Counted from the stretch's first letter, positions 47,455 to 62,556 are shown. The stretch: DNA of 64,000 nucleotides from the human T2T-CHM13v2.0 reference genome, Homo sapiens (GCF_009914755.1 NC_060929.1); one strand, 5' to 3'. Program-made: numbers and translations. The notes: generated from the sequence alone by a model not told the origin.

Positions 47455-49120
47455 CTGCAAAATCAAGCAGAAACTCATGTCAAAGACAAATGTGGCCTCC
47501 TATTCCATCAGTGCCTGAACATGAAGTTAGAGGAAGACATTTTAGGGCCTGAACTTCCTTGGGATGTTTTCAATCTGGCACACCTAGTTTTAAGTTTCAA
47601 TTTTGCTTCTTACATGCTGTGTGAACTTGGGTCAGGTACTTAACAGATCATTCTTAATTTTGCTAGTTGCAAAATGGAGATAATAAATTCCTACTTCATA
47701 GGCTGAGCTGATCTTCAGGATAAACAGACTGTGTATGAAAGAGTCTAGCATGTAGTAAAAGACTTGGAATATTCTCATTAACTTTCTTCTCATGACTGCC
47801 AAATCTTTTTTTTTTCAATTGTGATAGGCTTTCAGGTATAAAAAAGTAATAGGTAATAAATATAAAGAATCAACCAATTTTATTCTAATTAGCAAAATTC
47901 TGACCTGATTGAATTTTGACTGCCATGTAGAAAACTATAGTGCAGTACCATTTTTTTAAAGGTGGTTAGCATTAATTTCATCTATCTTATTTTTACCCTG
48001 TTCCTTGAGTCAGTTTGAAGCAGCTGAACTCCATTCGAAAGAGTTCATTGGATTAGGTTGTTTGTGATTTATCTGAGAAAAAATGCATCGAAGGAAAAGG
48101 CAAAGTAAATTCTTTTCATTTAATTACAGTGAAATCCAAAAATTGCTTTGGTTGACAAATTACCATGCCACCCAGGAAGGCCAGAAGTTTAAACACCAGG
48201 ACAATGGTTTAAGATGGAAGGCAAGGAAACACAATATTACCACCAAAGTTTTCTCCACTTTTTACCGTATTAGTACTATGTTCTCCTCTTTCTCATGTTC
48301 AAACAGCAGTATAGTAGAGCCCTACCACCAGGAAAGGGAAAGTCTAGCTCAATCTCATAAGTACAGAGAAGGCAACTGAAGCAAGTATATTTGGCAGCTC
48401 AGAGTGGGAGCAGGAAGGGCCATGCAGAAGGTAAGGAGAGACCAGGAATAGCAGGCAGCATCCCAGCTTTACCCCAGGAACAGATATTCACAATGTGATT
48501 TCACTGAAGGACAATATATTTCCCCGGGGGAAGAGCTACCTCAATTCAACTCTAATACTTAAAATATATCCAGTAGCACTAAAAAGATAATTATATTCTA
48601 TTTAATATGCAACCTGTTATAAACCCTAAGCCCTTCCAAAAGAGGAATCCTCCCTAAATTAAACACATCAAAAGAGATGTTGGACTAGATGACTTCAAAC
48701 CTTTTCTAACTCTGCAATTCCATAATTATGAATTCCATAGCACCTAGAATGGCTCAACAAAGGGACTCAAACTTTTCTATCTGGCAGACTTGAAATATAT
48801 TTCTTGAAGTATTAAATCGAATTCACATTTCTCCCAGGTAATTAAGGCTAATTTTGATGCAGCGTCTTTCTTCATATGACTCTGTTCTAAATAATCATGG
48901 ATGCCTCTGTTTCTTCTGTTATCATTTGTATATCTGTCACACATTAAAAAACATTCTGTTAATTTTCTAGTAGAAGTGACTATTTTCAATTCCTACATAG
49001 TTTGTATCAAAATGATGACATCCAGTGACTGAAAGACAAAATAGTCGTAAGTAACCTCCCCTTTTCCAATTCCCAGTTTTTCTAATTTCTACAAACATAA
49101 AAAATGAAATATCTGCCTAC

Positions 49121-49219
49121 CTTAACACCTTCTTTCATACAGTAGATCTGTAGAGCACTCACACCATCTGAGAATGGGTGAATTTGGAGATTAAATGGAG
49201 GGGATCGTCTCTCTCTCTC
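49121..49219 (-). CDS. JAKMIP2: JAKMIP2 coding exon (~14), ERERRSPPFNLQIHPFSDGVSALQIYCMKEGVK
   Basis: tgtgtttcaag|GAG acceptor, AAG|gtaggc donor, 99 nt. Confidence 0.96.
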
Positions 49220-50387
49220 CTTGAAACACAGTGAAGAATATATGGAAATTAAAAACAAAACTGATTAATTAAACACTAAACCAGTGGTCTCTTTATGCTA
49301 TTTCAGCAGTTTATTACTGTCATTTGGCAAAAAGAAAAAAATTCAATCTCAAGATGTTCATGATTAAATGTGACGGAAAAAGCTGACTAGTCAACTAAGA
49401 GATTGAGAAGAAGAATTTATAGATGGTGTCATCCATTCTTCCAAATTTTTTGATCAGGGAAATGCAGGAAGTGGAGCTCCAGTTTAAACTGTATGAATAT
49501 TTAGAGCTTTCAAATATCTCAGCGTGGTCTTGCCATGAAGTTTTATGGCCGCTAACAGCCTTTTGCATACTCAATCTATTCAAGCATTATGAGAAAGATA
49601 TGTGGGCTACAAAAGAATGACTCTTCTTCACTGAAGCCTACTAACACCTAACTTTTTATCCAGACCTAATTCAAAATAGCCTAAAGAAGAACTAACTGGC
49701 AAAATAACAGAAATCAAATGGGAATTTTTCTTATACTTTATATATCAACATACACTGAACCAGATCCTAAGTCAGATTCTGCAGGATACAATCAAAATCT
49801 GATGTTTCCATGTTTTACTTGCAAAATAAAAAACAAACACCTGAAATTTGGTCAGATTAATCAAGGTATTTTCTAAGACAAGTTACCTTGCTTCTTAGTC
49901 TTTTTTTTCATAAATGCATTAGGGACTAAAACGTTTACTTATAAATTCACATTTACCTAAAAAATATTTTTTATATAGCACATTTTGAAATATAAGTATT
50001 GAAGTAACATGTTTTAATGAGTCAAAATTTAATTAAGGATGGACATGAGTATTTAAAAACAACGAATGTTGAGGATGGTTGAAATCTATTATTTAACTTA
50101 TTTAAAAATTATTTATTAGTCTTGCTCATAAAAGATAGTAATGTTGAAAAGCACAGTATCTAAGTAGACAGTTTTGAGTTGCATCAGAGCTTTACCACTT
50201 ACTAGTCACAGGACTTAGGCAAGTTAGTTAATCTCAGTTGCCTCCACTATATAATTTTGAGGGTGATTGTGAGGTCCAAATGAGAGTATGAATCTGAAAT
50301 GCTTAATACAGCGCCTAGCTCCTCAATGTGCTCTGTGCATGTTAATCATTACGATTATTTTTATTATTATCATCATCATTTCCTTAC

Positions 50388-50486
50388 TTCTAGCTCTAGG
50401 TTTCGAAACTCCAGCAGCTCATTCTGGTCTCTGGCGTCCTGTAGTTCTTGTTGTAACCGGTGATTTTCTGCCTCCTGTTTTTCTAT
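50388..50486 (-). CDS. JAKMIP2: JAKMIP2 coding exon (~13), IEKQEAENHRLQQELQDARDQNELLEFRNLELE
   Basis: actttattag|ATA acceptor, GAA|gtaagg donor, 99 nt. Confidence 0.96.
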
Positions 50487-51402
50487 CTAATAAAGTAAAT
50501 CCTGAAGTTAGGTAAGCATTGAGAAAAGCACCTACAACTTTGCAAAGCATGAATAGTGTTCAGTTTACTCAGTGAATAAGTCTTCCAGACCATGAAAAAA
50601 AATCCCCAAATAGATGTGAATAAAATAAGTATTTGGCTTTGGCTTTCCTTCTAGTTATCCTTCGGTTGAGTTTTTTGAGTCACAGAGAAAAATGCCAGAA
50701 GACATCTCTGTTCCTTGGAATTAAAATCTAGGAATTCTGTGAATAGTGAATCTGAGAATACTCACTTTGCCCTTGTGATGGGTCAGAGACAGTCTACTAG
50801 AACCAAATTTAATGGTATACATAAGAGGGACTGATACTTCTCATTTCTCGAGTTATATTTGTTACAGAAATTTTTTTTAACAGCTATCATCATACACAAA
50901 ACTTTGCTGAATTTCAATTACTACAGAAGAAACCAGCTCTTTAACACTGAATTCAAAAACCTTAATAATCTGATTACCACCTAGCTTTCCAGTTTTAAAT
51001 ATTATCACTGTCATCTCTGCACAAACACACCCACACATGATCATGCAAACACTAGAATCTAGGAACTGTGGCCTACCCAATGAACTGACTACTCCAGGAA
51101 CTCTGTAGCTACTCAGCTCTGCCTGAAAATGGCTCACTTTATCTCCTTTGCTATGTGAGCAAATTCTACACTTCTTTAAACACCTTAAAGCTAAGCTCTT
51201 AAGCATTAGCACTTAAATAAGCTCTAATGTCCATAAGAGCCTTCCCTAGTCAATCCATTCAGAAGTGACACCTCTCCTTTTGTTTTCCTCTAGACTTTCT
51301 TATAGGACCTCTAGTATAACTTGAGGAAGCATGGATTTCAGTTAGCTGTGTACAAATGCACCTTCCCCTGTAGACAGGGTTCATGTCTGAGTTATCTTTG
51401 GA

Positions 51403-51696
51403 TTTTTTTTTTTTTTTTTTGAGATGAAGTCTTGCTCTTGTCCCCGAGGCTGGAGTGCATGATCTCAGTTCACTGCAACCTCTGTCTCCTGGGTTCAAGC
51501 AATTCCCTTGCCTCAGCCTCTCTAGTAGCTGGGACTACAGGTGCCTGCCACCAGGCCTGGCTAATTTTTGTATTTTTAGTAGAGACAGGGTTTCACCACG
51601 TTGGCCAGGCTGGTCTTGAACTCCTGACTTCAGGTGATCCACCCGCCTCGGCCTCCCAATGTGCTAGGATTACAGGCGTGAGCCATTGTGCCCGGC
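51403..51696 (-). mobile_element. AluS
   Basis: Full Alu; TSD atctttgg. Confidence 0.94.
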
Positions 51697-52704
51697 TGTC
51701 ATCTTTGGCTTTTAAGGGATCAGAAAATCTTTATGAAGTACAATGGATGTTGAGCTTCCCTTGATATTAGCTGTATAGGTGGGCATTACATACAGTAACT
51801 ATTTAAAATCTTGAATTTAGAAATACAAACCAGGGCCTTTTTACCATAGCACGAATCTTACTTTCCCAAGTATTTACATTTGAAGTTACCTATTTAGGTT
51901 CATTGTCAGTTCTGCCATCCCTTTATTTTGTTTATTTATTCTTAGAAGCCTGAGCATAAAAATTCCTCCTTTAGCCCAAAAAGATTAAGACTAACGGAAA
52001 TCAGATAGAAGACGTAATGGGATTTTTTTTATGATAAAGAAATATAATAACACTTATTACTGGGCATCTCTGAAACTAATAGGAAAAGAAAGATAGGGAA
52101 ATAGTGAGAAATTATGTGACATTAATAAATGTAGTCGAGTTTTCTACCCTAGATATTTGTGGCCTAGTAAACTTTCAAAAGTTTGTAGAAGTTAACTTAA
52201 CATTATAAAGGAGATTCTACTTCCTAGAATCTTCTACTGAATCAATGGTGGAATATTTCGAGAGATTGCTGGTTCTAGTGGTTAACGAAACAATTAGATC
52301 AGTGGTTCACAGACTGTAATTCATTCAATGCCAACAAAGTTTCTTTATAGGGTCGCTTAACCTTCCTGAAAGCACCAGTTCTCGATTTTTGAATACCTGC
52401 CCACTCTGTATATAACATATACATCATCTATACATCTATGTGATGAACACATCAGCTCTGTCTCACAGCATGCAAAGCATGAGATAGAATGTCTTCACTT
52501 TGCCAGACTAGAGGGGAGGTAGGACAAGCATCTTTTTCCTCCTTCTCATGCTTACCAGCCAGGATGTTGTGGTTAATTTTTATTACTTGTCAGGGATAAG
52601 AAATATTCATAAAAACAATTCTAAAATAATTTCTGCATAACTTTGGATTGACCTACACAATTGTTTCCCTTACACAATTGGGCTTTCAAATTCTGTTTTT
52701 GTCA

Positions 52705-52936
<232 letters not shown>

Positions 52937-53237
52937 TCAAAGGAAAAGCCACCTTTGAACTGAAAATGTGTTATGTTTAATTGACTCTATGTTCAGATAA
53001 CCAAAATTAATTATATCTATTCAAGCCTAAGCCATGTTTTTGTTTCTTAATTTGTTGAGTAATTTCCAGGAATACTGTTTTATGTTTTAAAAACAGTATT
53101 CATCTAAAAAAAATCTTTCATTAAAAAAAAAAGAAAGACTCAAGCTTAATAAAAAGACTAAAAGTGGGAATCTAAGCCTATGCTAGGTTTCGGCATGGTC
53201 TTGGAGTCATACTCTGTCACTTCTTCTCACAAAATAA

Positions 53238-53572
<335 letters not shown>

Positions 53573-53929
53573 TAGAGGTTTTGTTGTAGATAAACAACTA
53601 CACAGGATGTGCACGTGTGTGTGTGCGTGTATGTATATATATATGTACAGTATATATACAGTGTATATGGTTAGCAAATCAGGAGGTTTCAGGGATCACA
53701 TCCTTTCAAGTCTGCACAATGCCCAGCGCAGAGCCATGCACACGTGCCACTTCACTGATGGTGATGGCGGTGACAGGGATGCGGTTGAGCACGCAGCCGA
53801 GGACAGAGCAGTGCCGGAAAAGCCTCCCCTTCCCCTGGCCCCTGTGCCACTCCTGAGAGCACCCCCTGCTGCTCCTGGATCTCTCATGATTTTCTCCTCT
53901 GCCCCGCTAGGGTGTTGTGCCCAACATAC

Positions 53930-53992
53930 CTTTTCTAAAAGCTCCTGGTTTCTCTTAATGAAAAGTTGTTTATCTTCTACCCAGTGTGAATC
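53930..53992 (-). CDS. JAKMIP2: JAKMIP2 coding exon (~12), DSHWVEDKQLFIKRNQELLEK
   Basis: tcaaacag|GAT acceptor, AAG|gtatgt donor, 63 nt. Confidence 0.95.
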
Positions 53993-54672
53993 CTGTTTGA
54001 CAAAGAATATCGCGCAGTCAGCATTTCAGAGTGGCACGAAAGAGCCTGTGTTGTCAAACCACTTTGCCAGAGCTGCCTTCTCCCCACCCTGTTTGTTTGC
54101 CTGCCAAAGACTGGTAAGTAGCACCCACCCCTGCCAGCTCCTTCAAAGAAATTGGGGCCAAAGTTGCCGGGAAAATTTAACCCCCTTTTCATCATCACTC
54201 CCTATTTCTACCTTTTCCAGTTTGAATAATCCAGGACCAGCCTTCTGGGGACTCAGAAGTGACCACACAGGCAAAAAGTGAAAAGGGTCAGAATGCACAC
54301 AGGCTAGATACATATGGATGGAAAACATTAAAATGCAGAACCATAAATGTAGCATAGAGGCAAAGAACGCAGCTGGAGGGGTGGGTCTTGGTCTTAGCAG
54401 CTTATGACAACTCTAGGCTATTTGTACAGGGTTCCTCTTCCTCTGGCATTCTCTCTCTTGCCCAAGCTCATTCACTGTTGTGGCTGGGTTCATACTCTGG
54501 CCAGAAAAACACCAGAGACAGAAGTACAGAGTTGAACATTCTAACGCAGTTCGAGAAAGATCACTGTGGAGAGCCAAGCTGTGTCCTGGGTGCGGCCCAT
54601 GCACAGGTGAGCTACAGGAAGGTCAGATTGAATTGTCTGCATCTGCAGAAGAGCTAGCAACCAAATGCCTAC

Positions 54673-54756
54673 CTGCCCTTTCTGAGCCAGAGTCGCTTCC
54701 AGGTCTTCAATTTTGGCTTTATACCTTAGCACCTCTGCTTGGAGCTGTTCTTGAGC
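54673..54756 (-). CDS. JAKMIP2: JAKMIP2 coding exon (~11), AQEQLQAEVLRYKAKIEDLEATLAQKGQ
   Basis: tttcaccag|GCT acceptor, CAG|gtaggc donor, 84 nt. Confidence 0.96.
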
Positions 54757-55053
54757 CTGGTGAAACCAAAATTCCAGAACTCAGCAAGTAAAATGGTTAT
54801 TCAATACCTTTCTTGACTAGAACTCAACAAGTAAGAGAGAGAGAGAGGAAAAAAAGAAGAATTTTCTATGACAAAAGAATCTTTCTGATCTAAATTCTTG
54901 TTTAAAACTCCCTGTAGCATTCTTTATTTTCAGGTTAGTATTCAAACTCGTTAGCTTGGCATTCGAGAACTCCCATTATATTTCCAATCTTTTCCTACTA
55001 CTCATCAGCCTAGAGCCAAACCCTCACCTGCTGGCATAATTCTTGTTTCCTAA

Positions 55054-55465
<412 letters not shown>

Positions 55466-57323
55466 TAAATCAATTTCTCTCTGTCTTTCTCTTTATATAT
55501 CATATTTTGTGTGTCTGTGTGTGTAAGTAGTTTTGAATACTAATCTTGTATGGAGCAACTTTGTTGTCCTATGTGATTTAGCTTAGTAATTTGTTTCCTG
55601 CCTGTAAACCCATTTTTTTGTTGTTGTTTTACAATCTGGATAGGTTTTTTAGTACAAAGTTGAATAAAAACAGCGATGAAAGATATCCTTATTCATTGTG
55701 AGGAGAATAATTCTTTTGATTGTTAAATATTACATTTACCTCTATCAGGTCCAAAAAATAATTAATTTTGCTAAGATTTATTTTAACTGTGAATTGATGT
55801 TGACTGTAACCTATTTTTTCTTGTACCTAATTTTATCTTTTGTTTTCAACGATGCTTTCATCTGTATTATTTTTTAATTTCTAGTCTCTTTAAATTTACT
55901 CTGTTGTTCTTTTTCTAACATCTTTATTTCTTGTAGATTATTTTTCTAAGAATGGTAAGTTTTCCTGACTTTAATGGTCAGAGAGAACGCTAAACCTTTA
56001 TTTAGGTAGAAGAATTAAATGACACAGGGAGGAATCTCCAAAAAGTAAAAGAAGTCTCCTTTTTTTGGAGGAATCTCCAAAAAATAAAAATAAAATAATA
56101 TGCTATTATTTTAATTCCCCAATCCATGTTGGTAAGAACACTTAACCACAAATATTATAGCACTGGGGCATATATATGACAGCCTACAGGCACATTCCTT
56201 TGTAATGATTGCTTGCCTGTTCTAAATTGGTGTTTTTTAAAAACCTGCTTATTTACTTATATATGTGTGTGTGCATGCTACTGTTGAAAAATGTATAACT
56301 GCGTTACATCTACCCTTTCCCACTGAACAATAGTAGTTCTACAAAACTCCTCAGTGCATTGTAGACCCTCCAGAAAGAAAGTAGGATGAAATCACTGGGT
56401 GGTCTCGGTGGTCATGCTGCCTTTTGGCTCATGTAAATTTACCTAGGAGGCAATTATAGCCTGGTGATTATGACTGTGAAGTCACAAGGCTAGGAAACCT
56501 AGGTAAACCTAGGTAAATAATTTAACTTCACTAAACTACATTTAACTTCTACTAAGCTATTATTTCCTCTTCTATAGAAAGAAGATAATAATCATATCTA
56601 GCTCCTAGGGTTGTTTTAGGATTATATAGATAATGTGTGTAAAATGTTCAACACAATGCCTGGAACACAGCAAGCACTCAATAAATATTAAGAATTAGTA
56701 TAGTACATGTCTATCTTTTCTTTTTGTTGAAATAGGCTCATGAGAGGCAGTTATGATATAAAGGAAAGAACATTTGACCCAGTAAGACTTAAGTTGTAAT
56801 ATCAGCTTTGCCATTTACTATTTGTGCTATTTGGGGCAATTCAATTAACCTCTCTGAGTGTCAAATTTCTCTTTTATAAAATATCTGCCTTAGGGGACTG
56901 TCTCAAGGGTTAAATGAGATAGTGTCTGTGAAAATTCTGGTAAGTTGTCATACGTAAACGCTGGGCACTTATTAACGAAGAGAAGACACTGGCTCACTAT
57001 TGCTTTTGAAAGATAAAAAAGTTCTTTTTCTAAGCAAGAAACTAAAAAATGGCTTAACAAAATCCAATATTGTCTAGCTTTGAAAATGTATGTTTTCAAA
57101 CAGCAAGAACAAGAACTATGTACTCAACTATCTTTAAAAGAACAAAAGCATTGATCTAAGCTGGTTCTAATGTTTCTAGAGTCAAGGTTTGTTGACATAA
57201 AAGCTATAACAATTCAAAAGCTGCAGAGGAGAGAAGAATACAGGGAAAGCTGTCTTATTGATATTTTTATGTCCACAGTGCTTTTATGCTGTGACTGCTG
57301 CACGCTAATTCAGAGCACTCTCA

Positions 57324-57503
<180 letters not shown>

Positions 57504-57904
57504 TTATGTTCAGGTCCTGTTTTCAATGTGAAATATTAACATTTGCCCACTTTTTACAAGAAGTAAAAGGTTGTTTAACAGTCTATTTGATTTTATTTTT
57601 AGCTCTGAAGTGTATATACGGGCACAAATACTGTAATACTTTCAAGATGGACACTGCAGAAATACATAAATATTTATTTTAGTAAAAGAAGCATTTAGCA
57701 TTTGATACATTTCTCATTGTTAATCATTTGAGCTTAGAATGTAGTCAATTTTGGATCCAAATAAGAAAAAGTCATATCCAGATTTTGGACCTAAATTTGA
57801 GGAAATGATACCCTAGAATTTTCTTATTTCTTTTCAGTATGTTCATCTCCAGCAACTTGTTTTTTCCCCCAGATAAATCATAAAATCTGTTTTATTGCAT
57901 TACA

Positions 57905-58075
57905 TCTTAAACTTCAGGACATAACATAATCAGCAGGGAATTTTGGGAAACAATGCAGACTGGGGTGTTTCACTCCTAAGATCCTGAGTCAGGAGTTGCA
58001 TGGTAGAGTCCAGGACTTTTCATTGTAACTGAGCCCTCTAGATCATTCTGATGAGGATGGTCCACAGAACACACT
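57905..58075. mobile_element. MER5-like relic
   Basis: aaacaatgcagactgggg...gatcctgagtcaggag...attctgatgaggatggtccacagaacacactt. Confidence 0.6.
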
Positions 58076-58410
58076 TCACTCAACAGTGTCAGACCACATC
58101 CAAAAGCCTGCTAAGGCCTCTTGGGTTCCTACCTTCCCTAGATAAAGAATATTGGAAAGTAACTTTTATTTTGAAAGAAGTCTTCAAATTAGAGAGTTGA
58201 ACTGGAGAGAAATTTCTAAAAGGTTTACCTGCTATAAGTGAAGCTATTTTTCAAGAGATAATAAAGTGCAGCCTCAAAATTGTTTACTATTATGAGATCA
58301 CTTTGTGCTGTTTATATAAAGGAGATGAAAAGTGAAATCCTTTTTCTTCCCCCTTAAATCAAAGATTTGGTGACAATATCACCCTAGGCTAGAGAAGTAG
58401 AAAAGCTTAC

Positions 58411-58530
58411 TTCATCCAAGTCATCATCAGGAGTAGCTGGTGTTCTGTCTGTTCTAAATGAGGCCATGGATGATGTCTCTGAATCCATAGAGTCCTCATC
58501 ATAGCCAATAAACGGGTCCAAAACAGGCCT
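58411..58530 (-). CDS. JAKMIP2: JAKMIP2 coding exon (~9), RPVLDPFIGYDEDSMDSETSS...DDDLDE
   Basis: ctccatttag|AGG acceptor, GAA|gtaagc donor, 120 nt; translated by hand. Confidence 0.96.
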
Positions 58531-59414
58531 CTAAATGGAGGGAAAGTACCTATTTACTGACATAGCTAACAGTAGGGAAAGTTGAACGTTAAAATACTGT
58601 CAACTGGCATACGTGTAAGTGAATATAGAAGACATGGATCCTCTATGCTTCTTTGTTGAAATAAAAACATTAGGCATGAGCATAATTCCAATAAGTGTTT
58701 CTCTCATATTATTTCACTTCTGACATCTTAAGAAAAATTCATAATATGTAGCTTTTTTCATAGAAACACTGAAACCTCTTTCATATTACATTTTATATCA
58801 TGATGAGCTAGTGTGGTTTACTCTTTCCTGTATTTAAACTATGACCAAAGGATTTTGAAAACTCAGGTATCTATGTGATGGAGATGATCAAATCTTAAGC
58901 CTTGTCATCCAAGTCCACATTAAAAACCAATGGTATACTTGGTAAAAACCAAAATAAAAATCAAATAGACAAACTGAATAACAAAACTTTGTGGATTATA
59001 AGAGGCTATACAGATATTGATGGATTGGGAGCATTGCTATCAATAAGATTGTCTGAATGAATAATGAAAATGTATTAATTGTCATAAGTGGGAGACATCA
59101 AATCATGTGCATTTCTTGAATATGACTCTCCAACTTGTCAGGTAATCCTTTCTACATCAAACCTAGGGGCATCTCCATTTAGAGAAAGTTATATTAAAGC
59201 AAACCCCTTTCAGGTTAAAATTTACAACATAATCATTTTTAGACTTCGAAGAAATGTCAACAGAAAATATTTTCTTCTAGCAAATAATGCCCATGGTTTG
59301 CTGCAACAGTTCTGGAACACCTGATTCATCACATCTTTGTAGGAAGATTCCATGCCAAGCCTCATCTCTCTGGCTGTTTGTGGCAAATGCCTGATAACTT
59401 TGATTTCTTATTAC

Positions 59415-59471
59415 CTTAATTGGCTTGGAACTTCTTCTATGCTTTCTTCTACGGATGAGCTTTTCTCGGTC
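59415..59471 (-). CDS. JAKMIP2: JAKMIP2 coding exon (~8), DREKLIRRRKHRRSSKPIK
   Basis: ttttccag|GAC acceptor, AAG|gtaata donor, 57 nt. Confidence 0.96.
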
Positions 59472-60439
59472 CTGGAAAACAGATGAAAGATTTTCAGATC
59501 CAGAATTGGTAGATGTTTCTTTATAGTTTTTTGCAAAGACAGAGTGTTCTTTCCCATAAGGCATTATATTTGGAATAGAATAAGACTTTGTTTTTTAAAT
59601 TTTGGCAACTTTTGGGATTGATACTTAAATATATTCAAAACAAGAATCTTCTACAACTATTCCTGATGAGTTATGTGGATCAAGGAGCCTCATGATCAGA
59701 AAGTGTACTGTGTTCCTAATCAGAATCCTGTTTTATACTTGAACATCAAGTAGCTATGAAAATAGTTACTTATATTCCCCCAAAGCACAGTACTTTAGTT
59801 CTCCTAGATCCAAAATTACTTTAAATTTGTGTTAAAAATACAATTTCACAATAAAGTAAAACCGTATTCTTTTCATTTAGTCATTTGAAATGCATAGAAA
59901 GCTGTCTTTGGCCTATTTTTGCATCCTTGTTCTCACCTGCAGTCCCTGAAAATAGGACAGGGAACAGAGTAGCTAGCGGGTTGGAGCCATTTAGTGTTTC
60001 TGTTTTGTCTTCAGTTTTTAAAAAATTTTCTGGGAATCTCAAAGAATGCCTAGAAATATTGATCAATTTCATGATTTATTGTTGCTGTGAATAGAGATAT
60101 CATGGGAATTTGGGGTTTATTCACTAAGCACTCCATGTATTTACTGTAAAAATTTAAACTAGATAGAATGTCTTTTGAAAAGTCCGATGAGTGTGCCTAA
60201 ATAGCCCAAAATTCTATAAAAAATTTACAGCTTAATCTCAGGATACTCAAAGCCAGGCAAATTCCTGGGCTCATGAATTTGTAAAATGTATGAGTTATTA
60301 GGATGTGAAAATGAAATGAGGAAAACAGGGAGTAATGAGTAATCTTGTTTAAGCCAGTGGTGTTCGGGCTTTTTTTTTTTCACCTTTATAAGTAAAAATG
60401 CAGCCTCTATATATGAGACTTTTACAATTTACACATTAT

Positions 60440-60882
60440 TGTGATGGTTAATATTGAGTGTCAATTTGATTGGATTGAAGGATACAAAGTATTGTTCCTG
60501 GGTGTGTCTACGTGGGTGTTGCCAAAGGAGGTTTAACGTTTGAGTCAGTGGACTGGGAAAGGTAGACTCACCCTCAATCTGGGTGAGCACAATCTAAACA
60601 GCTGCCATCACAGCCAGAATAAAAACAGGCAGAAGCACGTGAAGAGACTAGACTGGTTGAGTCTCCCAGCCTACATCTTTCTCCTGATTCTTCCTGCCCT
60701 GGAACATCAGACTCCAAGTTCTTCAGCTTTGGGACTTGGACTGGCTTCCTTGCTCTTCAGCTTGCAGATGACCTATTGTGGGACCTCACCTTGCGATCGT
60801 GTGTGCCAATACTCCTTAATAAACTCCCCATTATATATACATCTATCCTATTACTTCTGTCCCTCTAGAGAGCCCTAATACA
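60440..60882 (+). mobile_element. MLT2A1-like (HERV-L) solo LTR
   Basis: tgtgatggttaatattgagtgtcaa start, ccctctagagagccctaataca end, 443 bp, 5-bp TSD ATTAT. Confidence 0.92.
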
Positions 60883-61698
60883 ATTATATATTTAAATTAC
60901 CTTCCTAATCTAATGTATTCATTGTAACATATAGTCAACATAGAAATTTTAAAAAGGATGAATCATAAGTAATTATAAACAGAAGCTATAACCTTTCTCT
61001 GTCTCAGTGGCAGTGAATCACTTTTCTCACCTCACTCTGGAGACTATTGCCTAACTCCCTCCTTGCAATTCAAGTCTTTAGGCCTTGACTTGGTCCTGAA
61101 GTGAGAGCAACCAACGATGTCATTCACAGAACACAGATGGAGAGGCAAAGAAGAAAACCCAAAGGCACCTAGAGGTCTTAGTGCATCCTTACTAGCAACA
61201 CAAACCTCAGCCAAACTCTGATGGAAGTAATAACTGCTCTACCCACTCAGTAGGTACTGAAGTAATGATCAGAAAATCTGGGCTGAAATTTTAGCTCTGT
61301 TATGTAATTATATTGTTGCTGTTCATCCAACAAATATTTGTTGAACTGTAACTATGTGCTAGACACTGAATTGAGACCTGGGAAACAAGGTATATATGTG
61401 ATGTTGTTAGCATAGACAACATATTAAATCTCTGAGCCTCGGGATCCTGCTACTGGAAGGCAGTTACAAGACACACCCAACCTACCTACAAACTTATACA
61501 ACGAGGCATTTAAAAGTTCTTTTAATGTGCTTTGCTGTTATTATTTGTGCTACCAAATTAGTTAACAAAGGGTTATAATTTAAAAGGTGTAAAGCAGTTG
61601 AACAATATAAAATATTGGAATACAGTCTCTAGAACAAAATTACATATTTAACATATGAACTTGGGCCTCTGGGGTTAAACTAAAATTAACTGCTTTCA

Positions 61699-62043
<345 letters not shown>

Positions 62044-62556
62044 CTAAATCCTCAAGCACATTTTATCTGCCATAATAAGTCATTATCATTGGGGATTGTC
62101 AAAGATCTCTATAGATGTATTGAAAGTCTATTAAGGAGTACATTATCATTTCACTTGTCCGCATATAACACAAGTAATGGTATCTATTTCCCAAATATCA
62201 TGCACGATCTTAGAAGACAAGGTGTGCCTGGGGTATAGGTCTGTAAATAGCATGTTAGTGAAGTCATGGATGGTTTCTGTGGCTAAGTTATGTCAAAGCT
62301 TTCCTTCTCCATTTCCAAGCTTTGGAAAGTGTGCAAATTCCTGGAAGCACTCCTACAGTTTTGCAAATATAGAAACCTCATAAAATTCAGAGCCAGCAAC
62401 CTTCTCTTGCTTTCTTCATTAAGGCTTCCTTGCTTACATAAGGAAAAATCCAAATAGCACTGTATTTTTAAAATAAGCTGAGAAATGGCAATAAGTCAGG
62501 TTATTAAGGTAATATAATCAAGGAAGCTGCAGTTTTGCAGAGTCTGTGATACACAC

